Shown in pieces: positions 30,857 to 40,781 of a stretch of 64,000 nucleotides of DNA. Source of the stretch: a virus. The stretch lies in IMG/VR virus record IMGVR_UViG_3300027804_000045, positions 86,744 through 150,743 of that record. One strand, 5' to 3'. A model generated the notes under the pieces. It was not told where the DNA came from and made no database searches. It saw only the letters and a list, made by a program, of their open reading frames with translations. Made by a program: the position numbers and the translations under genes. Each line of letters opens with the position of its first letter. Position 1 is the stretch's first letter.

Positions 30857-31552
30857 TTACCTCTTTTCGCGACCAACTCCACCTACTGGTGCTGCTTCTG
30901 GCTCTTCGGCTGGAACTTCGGCAGCTACTTCAGCTCCGATCAATTCACCGTCTGGTTCTTGTTTTGCTGCGATATCTGTCACAGCAACTTCTTCACCGCC
31001 GCTTGGTGCACCTAATGCTGACATGTCGCCTTGACCTGTCATAGCATTCATAGCACCTTGTAGCATTTGCTTGCTTTGGCTTAAGCACTGGTTTAAAGCG
31101 GTTAGTGCTTCGCTGGCAGCCTGGTTGAATGTTTGTGATTCATTAGCACCAATCTCGCTTTGTATGCTATCAGTCAATGCAGGTAATTCTTTAACTAACA
31201 TATTGTTAGTTTCTTCAAGCATTTTCTGAAGTTGATCTACCATATCTTGGGCTGCTAGAATAACTTGTGATTTTTCTACTTCCGCATTTTCTACAAGAAT
31301 TCTTGATGGTTTCAATGTCTTAAAATGTTCTAATAATGCTTGGCTCATGAATACTAATTTCATGTAACTAGGATCATTTTGTGCTGCATAATAATTAGGC
31401 ATCATACGTGCTTCTTTGATAAGACCATTAATTCTAGTCATCATGGATAATGTCTGGCCATATGACAAATTTGAAGGGTCAAAGTTGTAATCAAAATTAG
31501 CTCTTAATGCTTTGACAGCGACATTTTTAGATGTTAAATCATTCATTTTCAT
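30857..31552 (-). CDS. Hypothetical (probable head/scaffold-associated) protein
   Basis: Helical and acidic with IKE/LVE motifs; TAAATA at 31579-31584. Confidence 0.6.
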   Translation of the reverse strand: MKMNDLTSKNVAVKALRANFDYNFDPSNLSYGQTLSMMTRINGLIKEARMMPNYYAAQNDPSYMKLVFMSQALLEHFKTLKPSRILVENAEVEKSQVILAAQDMVDQLQKMLEETNNMLVKELPALTDSIQSEIGANESQTFNQAASEALTALNQCLSQSKQMLQGAMNAMTGQGDMSALGAPSGGEEVAVTDIAAKQEPDGELIGAEVAAEVPAEEPEAAPVGGVGREKR

Positions 31553-31598
31553 AAAATAAATCCCGAGTTATAATAATATATTTATCACAATTCCTAGA

Positions 31599-32072
31599 TT
31601 ATAAATCCTGATTGTCCTTATATTTTCTGCTTTGAATATGCTTGCTTAAAGCTGTATAAGTATTGATTTCTTCTAGGATCTTACGTTTTTTAAGTTTTGC
31701 TTCTTGCAGTTTAGCACTGTAAATTGATGAATTTTCACATTTTTTATCTACCAATCTGGTGTGATTTTGTATAGCAGCATCCAAACTTACTAGTTCATTA
31801 TCTAATTCTAACACCCTTCTGACATCTTTATAGTTCTTATTATTATTTAAAACACACCAAGTTACAGCATGTTTTAAAAAATAGAAAACATAAAAAGTAT
31901 CTTCTCCTCTCTCCTGAAGTAGATACTCTCCATCTTTATTTTCTATTAAGTAACGACCAAACAGGTTATAGGATCCGTCATCCTCACGGACTATAAAAAG
32001 ATCCTTGATCTTAGTTTTTATATCTGTTTTTGTCACTCTAGTATTTAACAAAGTATATGTTTCTTTTCGCAT
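31599..32072 (-). CDS. Hypothetical protein (true start may be the TTG near 32050)
   Basis: ORF track; overlaps the upstream stop. Confidence 0.55.
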   Translation of the reverse strand: MRKETYTLLNTRVTKTDIKTKIKDLFIVREDDGSYNLFGRYLIENKDGEYLLQERGEDTFYVFYFLKHAVTWCVLNNNKNYKDVRRVLELDNELVSLDAAIQNHTRLVDKKCENSSIYSAKLQEAKLKKRKILEEINTYTALSKHIQSRKYKDNQDL

Positions 32073-32481
32073 TTGTTATATCCAAGTTACTATCAATGTT
32101 CGGCCATTGGGTGTCACATTTGACCATAGGAACTTCTTGGCAATCTTTATACAAATATCCTAATTCTTCTATCCCATCCTCAAATACTGAGGCGTGTTGC
32201 ACTTCAAAATCAAAAGTCCATACGGGAATCTTATTGTCCGTATAATATATACCAAACTTATGATTTGAAATATCAGATAAGCACAATCGCTTAGGATCAG
32301 AACTAATATCCGGCTGTGATCTTAAAGAAATCACTTGTAAAATAGTATCAAAATTGCATTGCGTGTTTCTTTTACGAACCCATTGAGCAACATCATCTAT
32401 ATCATCTCCCGGCTTTGCTCTATTAAGAGTACCGGTCCTTGTGATATCAAATAATGTGTAGCAAGCAATTCTATGAGACAT
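32038..32481 (-). CDS. Hypothetical protein
   Basis: YTLFDIT.TG and NFDTILQVISLRSQP; ATG 4 nt after TAAATA. Confidence 0.65.
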   Translation of the reverse strand: MSHRIACYTLFDITRTGTLNRAKPGDDIDDVAQWVRKRNTQCNFDTILQVISLRSQPDISSDPKRLCLSDISNHKFGIYYTDNKIPVWTFDFEVQHASVFEDGIEELGYLYKDCQEVPMVKCDTQWPNIDSNLDITNAKRNIYFVKY

Positions 32482-32498
32482 GCCGTATTTACAGCAAT

Positions 32499-32528
32499 AA
32501 AAAAGCCCGAGAATTTTACTTCTCGGGC
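32499..32528 (-). terminator. Intrinsic terminator
   Basis: GCCCGAGAA-6 nt-TTCTCGGGC followed by a T run on the minus strand. Confidence 0.85.
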
Positions 32529-32555
32529 CTCATTCGTCTCAACTAAAACTAACTA

Positions 32556-32945
32556 TTAGTTAGTGAAAGTTGCTGATGCTGCTGTAGTTACAGCATAGCC
32601 TAGAGCTGCTGTTAGTGCAACGTCTAAACTACCGCCGTTAGCAAAGTCCCATGCGCCTACTGGATATACTGCAACTGCTAGTGTATCAGTGTTTGCACCT
32701 ACTTCAGTATATTCATATAGATATACTGTTGCTAATTGCTGAATAGTTTGGAAAGCAATTGCTAGGTCTGCACCACTTGGTGATGCTGCGCCTGTGAATG
32801 TAACTGTACCGAAGTCCAACTTTGGACCTTGTGGCTGAACTGTCTTACCTGAATTTACAGCATTTAGACCAGCGTTTGTATATTCTGGTGCGTCTAAGTG
32901 TAATACCTGTTGAAAGTCGCCATTGACTTTTGTAAATTGTGCCAT
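32556..32945 (-). CDS. Small, probably abundant virion protein
   Basis: Own late promoter (32993-32998), 5' hairpin, GGAG RBS and terminator. Confidence 0.6.
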   Translation of the reverse strand: MAQFTKVNGDFQQVLHLDAPEYTNAGLNAVNSGKTVQPQGPKLDFGTVTFTGAASPSGADLAIAFQTIQQLATVYLYEYTEVGANTDTLAVAVYPVGAWDFANGGSLDVALTAALGYAVTTAASATFTN

Positions 32946-33027
32946 TTTCTAAATCTCCATATTAGTTTGAACCCCTGTGAGGTTCATACTATTATTTATG
33001 CCTGGCTTTAAAAAATATGGTTTTGGG

Positions 33028-34170
33028 CTATTGTTTTGCGGCTAAATTTTGACGGCTGAAACCCAATCTATCTACATATTTTAGCCCCTGACAGACAAAT
33101 CCTTCTTGGCTTTGCTGACCTGACTGTAGATAGCCCTTGACCGGGCTTTGTTCCGCAGCTTGATTTAATTGTTCGACAAGATTCATTTTAAGTTGATAGA
33201 TTGCAGCCCAAATTGTAAACAGCCCTACTATGCCTTGTTTGTTATTATTAATATGGTCAGCTAGTTTTTTCTTCATACTGTCTGTCATAGGTCTTTCTTC
33301 AAAATAAGTTAAAAAGTCATCACTTAAATTTGAAAGATTGTTAGCAATAATTTTCTTGTTTACATATGTTGTGAATAGTTGACTAAAACTATTTCTGGCT
33401 TGCGGTGCTGTATTAAGCAATTGCTCTACAGCCCTGCCATATTTAGAAATTTTCTTTTTAGCATCGGTAATTAACGATTTATCTAATGTTATTGTAGGAA
33501 CTATAGGCATCGCGCTAGGAAGTATTGCTACATCACTATTATTGATCAAGCCTCCTAACGTACCATCTAGACTTTGAGCATCATTCGTACTTATAGCATC
33601 GGGTGCTATATATTGGTGTACCGCAACTCCTGCTATCTTGTTGCTTAAAAGTTTACCTACATCGCTATCAACATCGACTGTATAAGTTATACCGTTAGGA
33701 TTCGCTTTAAATTTATAAAAACCCTTTTGGTTTTTGAGCGGCTGGTTGAAGAGTAAGTCGCTCCAGTAATAGCCTTTTGTTCCTTTGCTTGCTTTTTGCA
33801 AACCGGGCCAGATATTCCTAATGAGATTCGTAAGTTCTGCACGATCAACACCTCTTTGTTTATCATATTCAGCAAATGCTTCTGGACTATAAATTTTACG
33901 TCCCATGCCATCTACACGGTTAAACATATGTTTATCCATGATGCTAAATTTGTTATTTGTACCCCTGCCGAAAATCAAGGCAGGATAACCGTCCCATTTA
34001 ATTGTGATTGCTTGTGGATTTTGTGAACACGCTATGATAGAATTTACCGCTCTATCAGCGCCATTTACACCCTGTAGTATGACCAAATCTTCTGGATGGT
34101 CAAGATGGCCTTTCGCTTCAGTTAAAAGATCTTTTAAAATATTTCTTGTCTTAATGAAAAAGTCTAACAT
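33028..34170 (-). CDS. Nucleotidyltransferase/RNA-ligase-like protein
   Basis: TIKWDG (motif I KxDG), EGFV and LKYV near the C-terminus; LLTE propeptide-like site. Confidence 0.55.
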   Translation of the reverse strand: MLDFFIKTRNILKDLLTEAKGHLDHPEDLVILQGVNGADRAVNSIIACSQNPQAITIKWDGYPALIFGRGTNNKFSIMDKHMFNRVDGMGRKIYSPEAFAEYDKQRGVDRAELTNLIRNIWPGLQKASKGTKGYYWSDLLFNQPLKNQKGFYKFKANPNGITYTVDVDSDVGKLLSNKIAGVAVHQYIAPDAISTNDAQSLDGTLGGLINNSDVAILPSAMPIVPTITLDKSLITDAKKKISKYGRAVEQLLNTAPQARNSFSQLFTTYVNKKIIANNLSNLSDDFLTYFEERPMTDSMKKKLADHINNNKQGIVGLFTIWAAIYQLKMNLVEQLNQAAEQSPVKGYLQSGQQSQEGFVCQGLKYVDRLGFSRQNLAAKQ

Positions 34171-35000
34171 TAATAGGTGCCTGGTGACGTTCGTGCTTGG
34201 TTAGCCATCTCAATAGCCCAGGCTATATCAGCAATTTTAGCTAGGTCATCTTTCAACGTGTTGTTTGCATAACTGTTAGGTAAGTTTTGAAGTATTGTGT
34301 TTATTTGTTCTACGCCTGAAGATAAGTCAATGCCTTTTAGGTATGGAGCAATAAAATGATCTCTTGTCCATTGTGATATGCTCTTGACTTCTTCGTTAAT
34401 AAGGCTTTCATACAACCTTTGCATTTTAATATATTGAATGGCTTCGGATAAAGATTGTGCTAAAAGTTTATCTAATAATACCTGGTAGTCAGGATTTGCT
34501 AATTGATTTTTGTCGTTTATCCAACCCTGCTTAGTTTTCGTATAATTAATACCATCTAATGGTACAACGATCGGTTTCCATTGTCCGGTTTCTTTATCCT
34601 GTCTCATTGTAGGCTTCAAACCAGGCTGTGCTTGTTGTTTTCTTGGTTGTCTTTGCTGTGTTGGTTGTCTTGGTTGTCTTTGCTGTCTTGATCCGGATTG
34701 CTGTGTTTGCTGTTGTGATACCGAAGGTTCATCGCGTAGTGTTGGAAAATTCCCTGACAATACATTTGACTGTGGGTCTAACAAACCTGCTTTTATAGCG
34801 GTGTTGATTGCATTTGCGCCGTTATTAACAAAGTTCTTAACAAAATTGTCGTATGCTAATTGCTGTTCTTTCGATAATCCGCTTTTGCGTCTGGCTTGCC
34901 AATTTTTAAAGGCACTAAAACCTGCAGGGGTATCTTTATTACCTTTAACACCCTTATAAAGATTCTCTATATTATCGAGCCAGCCTTCACTTATCTTCAT
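34170..35000 (-). CDS. Hypothetical (probable head) protein with a Q-rich linker
   Basis: MKISE, LSE and INE motifs. Confidence 0.6.
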   Translation of the reverse strand: MKISEGWLDNIENLYKGVKGNKDTPAGFSAFKNWQARRKSGLSKEQQLAYDNFVKNFVNNGANAINTAIKAGLLDPQSNVLSGNFPTLRDEPSVSQQQTQQSGSRQQRQPRQPTQQRQPRKQQAQPGLKPTMRQDKETGQWKPIVVPLDGINYTKTKQGWINDKNQLANPDYQVLLDKLLAQSLSEAIQYIKMQRLYESLINEEVKSISQWTRDHFIAPYLKGIDLSSGVEQINTILQNLPNSYANNTLKDDLAKIADIAWAIEMANQARTSPGTY

Positions 35001-35235
35001 TTTTCTTTCTCAACGATTTAGCAAAGCGCGTTGGTTCTTTACTTTTAATAGCGGAAAGAAGTTTCTTTTCTAAAAGTTCAGCTTTTTCTGGACTGTAATT
35101 TCTATAAATCAATTCTACTAAATTAATAGCACTAGTAATCACGTTATTTGCTCTATTTTCAATTACGTGATTCATGTCTCTATTACTGCCTATAGACTCA
35201 AGTTCTTCCAGCAGACTACGTGTGCGCTTTTGCAT
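34987..35235 (-). CDS. Hypothetical protein
   Basis: 82 aa; ATG 7 nt after TAAATA. Confidence 0.65.
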   Translation of the reverse strand: MQKRTRSLLEELESIGSNRDMNHVIENRANNVITSAINLVELIYRNYSPEKAELLEKKLLSAIKSKEPTRFAKSLRKKNEDK

Positions 35236-35265
35236 AATGTAGTATTTATCAACAAACGGGTCGTT

Positions 35266-36669
35266 TTAATTCTTTAAATTGTTCAATAAACTACGTAGTT
35301 TTGCGCTCTGTACGTTAGCCTTTATATTCTTGTTTTCTTCTTCCATAGGGGCAATCTCGGTGTTTGTGCTGGATCCTATAGAACTAGTAGCCTTGATTTG
35401 GCTTAGTAGTTGACTTCCTGAAGGCTGGGGTTTAGGGGCACTCTCTCCATCATCTGTGATACGCAACGTCTCGACATCGAATTTGAGTTCGATTTTCTGA
35501 CCTACCCCCGAACTACTACGTGTTTTCATCAACTGTATCTGATACAATCCACGCTCACGCATACTACGACTTGTAAAGATACCAAATACGTTGTCTGCTG
35601 TATTGATCTTACTGATACCACCACTGATGTGACTATGATCAAACTCAATCTCTTCGACCGCGCTACGATTCAACTGACTTGCTGTGACGAACAATACGTT
35701 CAATTCCTTAGCAAGGTTACGCAATTCTTCTGAAACATACTTGTCCTTGACGAACAAATCGCTTGGGCTGACCTTTGCGCTTACGGGCATGATCAAGTCC
35801 AGATAGTCGATGCATAAAAAGTCACATCTCATACCTGTTTGTACTTGTAGTTCTTTTACATATGCTCTGATATCGTTGACGTTGCTTTGTGCTGGCATAT
35901 ACTTGATGCGTAACTGACCAGCCTTCTTTGCGACCATCTTGACCTTCATTTCAACATTGTCTAGATCCTTAAAGATTTCTCTTGTGCTAGTATCAGTCAT
36001 CATACTATCCAATCGCATACTACACAAGCCCTCACTCAACTCAAGCGTGATGTATACACCATTCAGTCCATTCTGTACCCAGTTGACTGCAAGATTTTGC
36101 ATGATCAAACTCTTACCAGAACCAGAACCACCTGCAAAGATTTGTAGTTCGCCGCGATTGAAACCACCATATAGTTTCTGATCAAGTGTAGGCCAGCCTG
36201 TGCTGTTCTGTCCATTGTTTGATTTCAATGCCATCAAACGACCACGGGGATCAGCAAAGTAATCTGTACCCATGTCCTTCTGTAGAGAAATCTGAACAGC
36301 ATCTTTGATCAGTTTCTCTACAGGTCCATACTCGCCCTTCTCAAGATGATCAGCACTCTTAAGAATAGCCCTCTCAAGTTCTTGTCGTTTAGTAAATGCC
36401 TCAAATTCTTCTAGAAACCAGTCATAGTGTCCTTCATCAAGTTCTTCTAGTCTGTCGATACTGATATCTGTAGTTGCCTTGATTTGTACTGGCTCAGGCA
36501 TGACATTATATTTTTTACTATGGTCGATAATAAATGATGCTACTGGACGCAATCTACGATCAAAATTTTCAGCGTTCATGATATTCATGACACGAGTATA
36601 TAATTCTGCGTTTGTGACCATCATACGCAAGAATAATGTTTGTACATCAATGTTGTAGTCGTTTATCAA
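35266..36669 (-). CDS. Replicative DnaB-like helicase (gp41)
   Basis: GGSGSGKS Walker A, YITLELS, IDYLD, TASQLNR and KTR motifs. Confidence 0.93.
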   Translation of the reverse strand: MINDYNIDVQTLFLRMMVTNAELYTRVMNIMNAENFDRRLRPVASFIIDHSKKYNVMPEPVQIKATTDISIDRLEELDEGHYDWFLEEFEAFTKRQELERAILKSADHLEKGEYGPVEKLIKDAVQISLQKDMGTDYFADPRGRLMALKSNNGQNSTGWPTLDQKLYGGFNRGELQIFAGGSGSGKSLIMQNLAVNWVQNGLNGVYITLELSEGLCSMRLDSMMTDTSTREIFKDLDNVEMKVKMVAKKAGQLRIKYMPAQSNVNDIRAYVKELQVQTGMRCDFLCIDYLDLIMPVSAKVSPSDLFVKDKYVSEELRNLAKELNVLFVTASQLNRSAVEEIEFDHSHISGGISKINTADNVFGIFTSRSMRERGLYQIQLMKTRSSSGVGQKIELKFDVETLRITDDGESAPKPQPSGSQLLSQIKATSSIGSSTNTEIAPMEEENKNIKANVQSAKLRSLLNNLKN

Positions 36670-37624
36670 GTTGCTTCCTCTTTACTTCTACTTTGATCTT
36701 ACTGTTTGTTGCTGATTGTAAGATACTTAGTAATGTAGCGACTTTTCCATATTTTATTACGGCGTCGTTAACATCCTTTATATCATCTTCCCAATTTGGG
36801 ATGCTGACATAGAACCCTAAATCTAATGCTCTATCGCAAATCTGTATTCCTGTTTTATCTTGATCAGGTACTACGATCACTTTCTTGTTTAGATTCTTTA
36901 TAATTTCTGCTTGCTGTTCGCTAATCGTATTGTGTGCCAATGCGCAACCATTAATACTTAATGCGTCAAATATACCTTCTACAACGATACAGACGTTATA
37001 TTCTGGTTTTTGTAAGTCAATGCCGAACACAAAACCCTGCTGCTGTTCGTTGATGAACTTTGGCGTGCGATCATCTAAGTACCTACTAGTGTGACCCACT
37101 ATTTTGTTTTCATATGTGTAGGGTATGATTACACGATTTGCCTGACGACCTTCACTATCAGGTGTACACATGAAAGGATAATCGTTGATATTTATTTTTC
37201 TATTAGTCAAATAGTCAACATAAATTTTGTGTGTTGGATTATTAACATCAATTAATTCTGCTTCGGGCAAACTCATTTCTTTAAATTTAATTTTCGCTTT
37301 TTCACGTTTGACCTTTACAAAATCTAACAAATCTTTGTGTTGTAAACTTTCCAAACTATATTTGTTGATATCATCTTTATCTAAACCACAATAAGATAAT
37401 AATGTGCGTGTGTTTTTACTAATGCTACGACCTAACACAAAATTACATTTAAAGCCACAATTAAAACAATGATAACTCCAGTTTTCACCATCAAACTTTA
37501 TGCCACCTCTACTACGGCGATCGGCTTTATGTCCGCGATAATGGCAACAGACAGCATTGAAACTTTGCCATCCGCTCTGCGTAACTTTTTTCTTGCCTGG
37601 AATCAGTTGAAGAATATCAAACAC
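36647..37624 (-). CDS. DNA primase (gp61-like)
   Basis: Zn-binding CC-H...HCFNC; TOPRIM VEGIFDA, PDQD..G and KDVND motifs; GTG start. Confidence 0.9.
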   Translation of the reverse strand: MFDILQLIPGKKKVTQSGWQSFNAVCCHYRGHKADRRSRGGIKFDGENWSYHCFNCGFKCNFVLGRSISKNTRTLLSYCGLDKDDINKYSLESLQHKDLLDFVKVKREKAKIKFKEMSLPEAELIDVNNPTHKIYVDYLTNRKININDYPFMCTPDSEGRQANRVIIPYTYENKIVGHTSRYLDDRTPKFINEQQQGFVFGIDLQKPEYNVCIVVEGIFDALSINGCALAHNTISEQQAEIIKNLNKKVIVVPDQDKTGIQICDRALDLGFYVSIPNWEDDIKDVNDAVIKYGKVATLLSILQSATNSKIKVEVKRKQLDKRLQH

Positions 37625-37672
37625 TCAGTAATTATAACAGAGTGTTGCGAAAAAACAAATACTATTGGTAAC

Positions 37673-38473
37673 TTATCTTGCCAAAATATTTGATACAGCA
37701 CCAGTATTACTTGTGAATACCATTCTTACGAAAGGATGAAAACCCTTTATAGTATATCCAACTGTTTCTGTTGTCTCTAAATAGGAATTGCCTGTGATAG
37801 GATACCAATCAGTGAGAGTGCTACTAAATGTTCCTTCGATCCCTACATCACCGTTGAATTCATATAGATGTGCTTGTATAGTAAGTATAGGATTATCGTT
37901 AGTATTGATTACTGAACTATAATAAGTATTAGCGTTTGGTAATACGTTGTCGATACTATTATTGCTATCAAGATTAGGGAAAGGTTGTCCTGTAGGAATC
38001 GTGACCATCTCGCTAGGTACGAAACTTGGAAGTACGCTATCTACGATGTTGATCTGACCTCGGGCGCCGGCTGCAGGATCTACAAAAACGGGATATCCAA
38101 ATTCCCCGACAGGAATCTCAAGGCTATAATGACACATCTGAGCTGGTATATCTTCTAATTCAGCAGCATTAAGTTGAAGATAAGCTATACCAGTCAATGG
38201 TAATTCTAAAGTAAGGCCCTTACGTATCAATACTTCGGTACCATCATAGTTAATAATACGGCAAACGATGTTTTTGCCTGTAATATCGACTGGTTTCTGC
38301 TCTTGATTCAAGAACTGAAACTGTAGTTTATTGTCTACCCCTTTGTGTAGCATCATTGTTTTAGCATATACTGGCATAAAGGCCCTCGGACTGTTTCCTG
38401 ATAATAGGATGACAATCTGACGCTGTGTAAAAATAAATGCTGCTGTTGAATATCCTACGTTTGTTACAGTCAC
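37673..38473 (-). CDS. Structural protein (baseplate-like Ig fold, tentative)
   Basis: KGVDN...F...NQEQKPVDITG motif; late promoter at 38493-38498. Confidence 0.5.
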   Translation of the reverse strand: MTVTNVGYSTAAFIFTQRQIVILLSGNSPRAFMPVYAKTMMLHKGVDNKLQFQFLNQEQKPVDITGKNIVCRIINYDGTEVLIRKGLTLELPLTGIAYLQLNAAELEDIPAQMCHYSLEIPVGEFGYPVFVDPAAGARGQINIVDSVLPSFVPSEMVTIPTGQPFPNLDSNNSIDNVLPNANTYYSSVINTNDNPILTIQAHLYEFNGDVGIEGTFSSTLTDWYPITGNSYLETTETVGYTIKGFHPFVRMVFTSNTGAVSNILAR

Positions 38474-38550
38474 AGATTATCACTCCTAACTGTATTTATG
38501 AGTATAAAAATAAAATATTTTTATGGAAACCCAATTATAAATAATAATCA

Positions 38551-38934
38551 ATGACGATTGCTAAAGATTTCTTTAAAAAATTGAGTGACAACCATCCATT
38601 CATCACGATTTTGTCATTCGCTGGCCAGGATTATGTAGGTATAGTTCAGAACCGCGATGACCAATGCACCAGCATTTATGATTACGGATCTATCGTAGAT
38701 TCTAAGTCTAAAGAGTTATTTCTAGAATTAGGTGAAGTTTGGTGGTGGGAAAGTAATCGTCAAATTCCTATAAACATATTTCTGAAGCAAGAATGGGTTC
38801 TTTTTAAGCCCTATTTAAAAACTTTTAATAATAAAAACCTCGAAATACTACATGGTCCTATCGTTTGTTTAAGTGAGCTTAACAAACGTAGAACGAAAAG
38901 AAAAAGTATCACACTAGTAAAGAGATTTCCTTAA
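38551..38934 (+). CDS. Hypothetical protein
   Basis: YVGIVQN and WWWESNRQIPI; ATG 7 nt after an exact TATAAATA. Confidence 0.7.
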   Translation: MTIAKDFFKKLSDNHPFITILSFAGQDYVGIVQNRDDQCTSIYDYGSIVDSKSKELFLELGEVWWWESNRQIPINIFLKQEWVLFKPYLKTFNNKNLEILHGPIVCLSELNKRRTKRKSITLVKRFP

Positions 38935-39411
38935 TTTCTTCTTACGCCTGTTTTTGGCCATTTCTAAACTTAATTTTCCAACTCTTGTGTCAAAACACAC
39001 ACCGTCTAGATGATCTCTCTCATGTTGAAAAACTCTACCTATAATACCCTCAAACTCAGATATAATTTCTTCCCCTAAAGCATTATAATATTTTACTTTT
39101 ACTTTTTCATAACGTTTTACGTTAAGCCATAGATTAGGGAAACTTAGACATCCTTCTTGGTCCATATACTCGCCTGTACCTTCTAATATTTCAGGATTAA
39201 TGCAGGCGAATAATTTTTGTTCGTTACCCATGACAAATATTCTTTTAAGTATACCGACTTGGGGACCGGCTAAACCAATACCGTTATTCTCCATCATTGC
39301 TTTTGCCATGTCTCTGATAAGCTCTGTAGGATCTCCGTCTGAATTGAAGTCCCAAGGTGTTGCTTGCTGTCTTAATACTTCATCGTTTTCTTTGACTAGT
39401 TTAATTTCCAT
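38914..39411 (-). CDS. def: Peptide deformylase
   Basis: GIGLAGPQVG, EGCLS and QHERDHLDG motifs. Confidence 0.95.
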   Translation of the reverse strand: MEIKLVKENDEVLRQQATPWDFNSDGDPTELIRDMAKAMMENNGIGLAGPQVGILKRIFVMGNEQKLFACINPEILEGTGEYMDQEGCLSFPNLWLNVKRYEKVKVKYYNALGEEIISEFEGIIGRVFQHERDHLDGVCFDTRVGKLSLEMAKNRRKKKLRKSLY

Positions 39412-39979
39412 TTTCCACCAATAGATTCATGTGTACTACAACTAGATGTGCGTATGCGATACTATGTGATTTTTTAAATACATATCCGCCTACATCTTTT
39501 TCCCAGACTGTTTGTGCAATTTCTTTCCAGCTTTTGCCTATCAAATGTTTTTTACCAGGACGAATGATCGCAAGAAACATCGCTAATCTTGGAATGCTGT
39601 TTATAGGTTCAGGCATAGTTTGCATTTGATTAAAGTGATTGCCTAAATGTATTAATTGCTCGACAAAATTTTTATCGTTTAGTTTATTCCAATCTGGTTC
39701 GCGCATCAAAGAAATTAGATGATCTTCGTCTCGTACCATATTGTATACATGAACGTTGAGTAAATCTAATTTGATATATCCCCTATCTTCGGCTTCTTCG
39801 TAGTCCAATGATGACATATCATTTATAGGATCATAGGGAATATCAGTCACATAAATTCCTGTGTTATGCTTACGTGTATCCTGTTTACGTATGCTTGCTT
39901 TGATATTAGGTATGATAGATAAGATTTTATCTCTATCACCCAAGTCAATATCGATGTCGCTATTAAATTTCATTGCCAT
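39401..39979 (-). CDS. Miniature DNA polymerase III alpha (DnaE)-like catalytic domain
   Basis: SDIDID, KHNTGIY, GYIKLDLL, IRPG and YVFKKSHSIAYA motifs in DnaE order. Confidence 0.8.
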   Translation of the reverse strand: MAMKFNSDIDIDLGDRDKILSIIPNIKASIRKQDTRKHNTGIYVTDIPYDPINDMSSLDYEEAEDRGYIKLDLLNVHVYNMVRDEDHLISLMREPDWNKLNDKNFVEQLIHLGNHFNQMQTMPEPINSIPRLAMFLAIIRPGKKHLIGKSWKEIAQTVWEKDVGGYVFKKSHSIAYAHLVVVHMNLLVENGN

Positions 39980-40236
39980 GCCAATAAAAATAGTATTTCT
40001 TTCTCTTCATCTTTGATTTCAATTAAACATTTCGCCGGCTGGCCTACTATCCTAAATATCCAACTTTCACGGTCTTTGCTACGCCATTCTATAAATTGAC
40101 CTACGGTACTCATACTAAATCTACGGCCATCTTCATAATAATTTTCTTGTATATTGTTGCACAGCCATTCTAACATTTCTTTATGTTTACTATATGGTAA
40201 CGTATGTCTCCGAGATGCTTTCACAATCTTTTTCAC
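39970..40236 (-). CDS. Small hypothetical protein
   Basis: Coupled ORF; C-terminal IKDEEKEILFLLAW. Confidence 0.6.
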   Translation of the reverse strand: MKKIVKASRRHTLPYSKHKEMLEWLCNNIQENYYEDGRRFSMSTVGQFIEWRSKDRESWIFRIVGQPAKCLIEIKDEEKEILFLLAWQ

Positions 40237-40781
40237 CTAGTAAGTCCGAGTTTTTTATAAGCCTGTTGCACAACAATAGCCTGACGTTCCGCGTCATCTA
40301 CTGCTCTGTGGCTCGTAACATGTCCCCCGTCTTTTAATTTAACACCGGCGAGTTCGTAAAGAGTGCGCGTATCTCGTACAGTATAGAATGGCCATGGTAT
40401 AGGATTAGGCCTATCAGTAAAAACTTGTCTGAACGCTGTCTCAGCCACAACAACGTCGAATGCCGCACCGTTACTCCATACAGCCCTGCGATTCCATCCG
40501 AACTTGTAAAGTTGCTCTAGGCAATCAACAAAACTGATTCTATCACGATCACCCATGGCTTCTTCTTGAGCCTCAGTACTTTGTTCGCTCCACCAACGTA
40601 TCGTATCATCGTTAATCACGCGATTATATTTTTCTGTTTGTTCTTCGATAGTAGGCCGCAACTCTAATCGTTCAACAACACCGCTACCATACGGATCAAA
40701 TCGTACACAGCCAATAGTAAGGATAACACAATAAGGACTTGTGTCTAATGTCTCCATATCTATCATTATGTCATTTGCCAT
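40233..40781 (-). CDS. DEDDh 3'-5' exonuclease
   Basis: IMIDMET, WSNGAAFD, RDTRT and H.A.DDA motifs. Confidence 0.88.
   Translation of the reverse strand: MANDIMIDMETLDTSPYCVILTIGCVRFDPYGSGVVERLELRPTIEEQTEKYNRVINDDTIRWWSEQSTEAQEEAMGDRDRISFVDCLEQLYKFGWNRRAVWSNGAAFDVVVAETAFRQVFTDRPNPIPWPFYTVRDTRTLYELAGVKLKDGGHVTSHRAVDDAERQAIVVQQAYKKLGLTR

Noticed and set aside
39401-39979. Split-intein DnaE half or pseudogene
   Set aside because: No intein terminal motifs; motifs from across the catalytic core are compressed into one intact ORF
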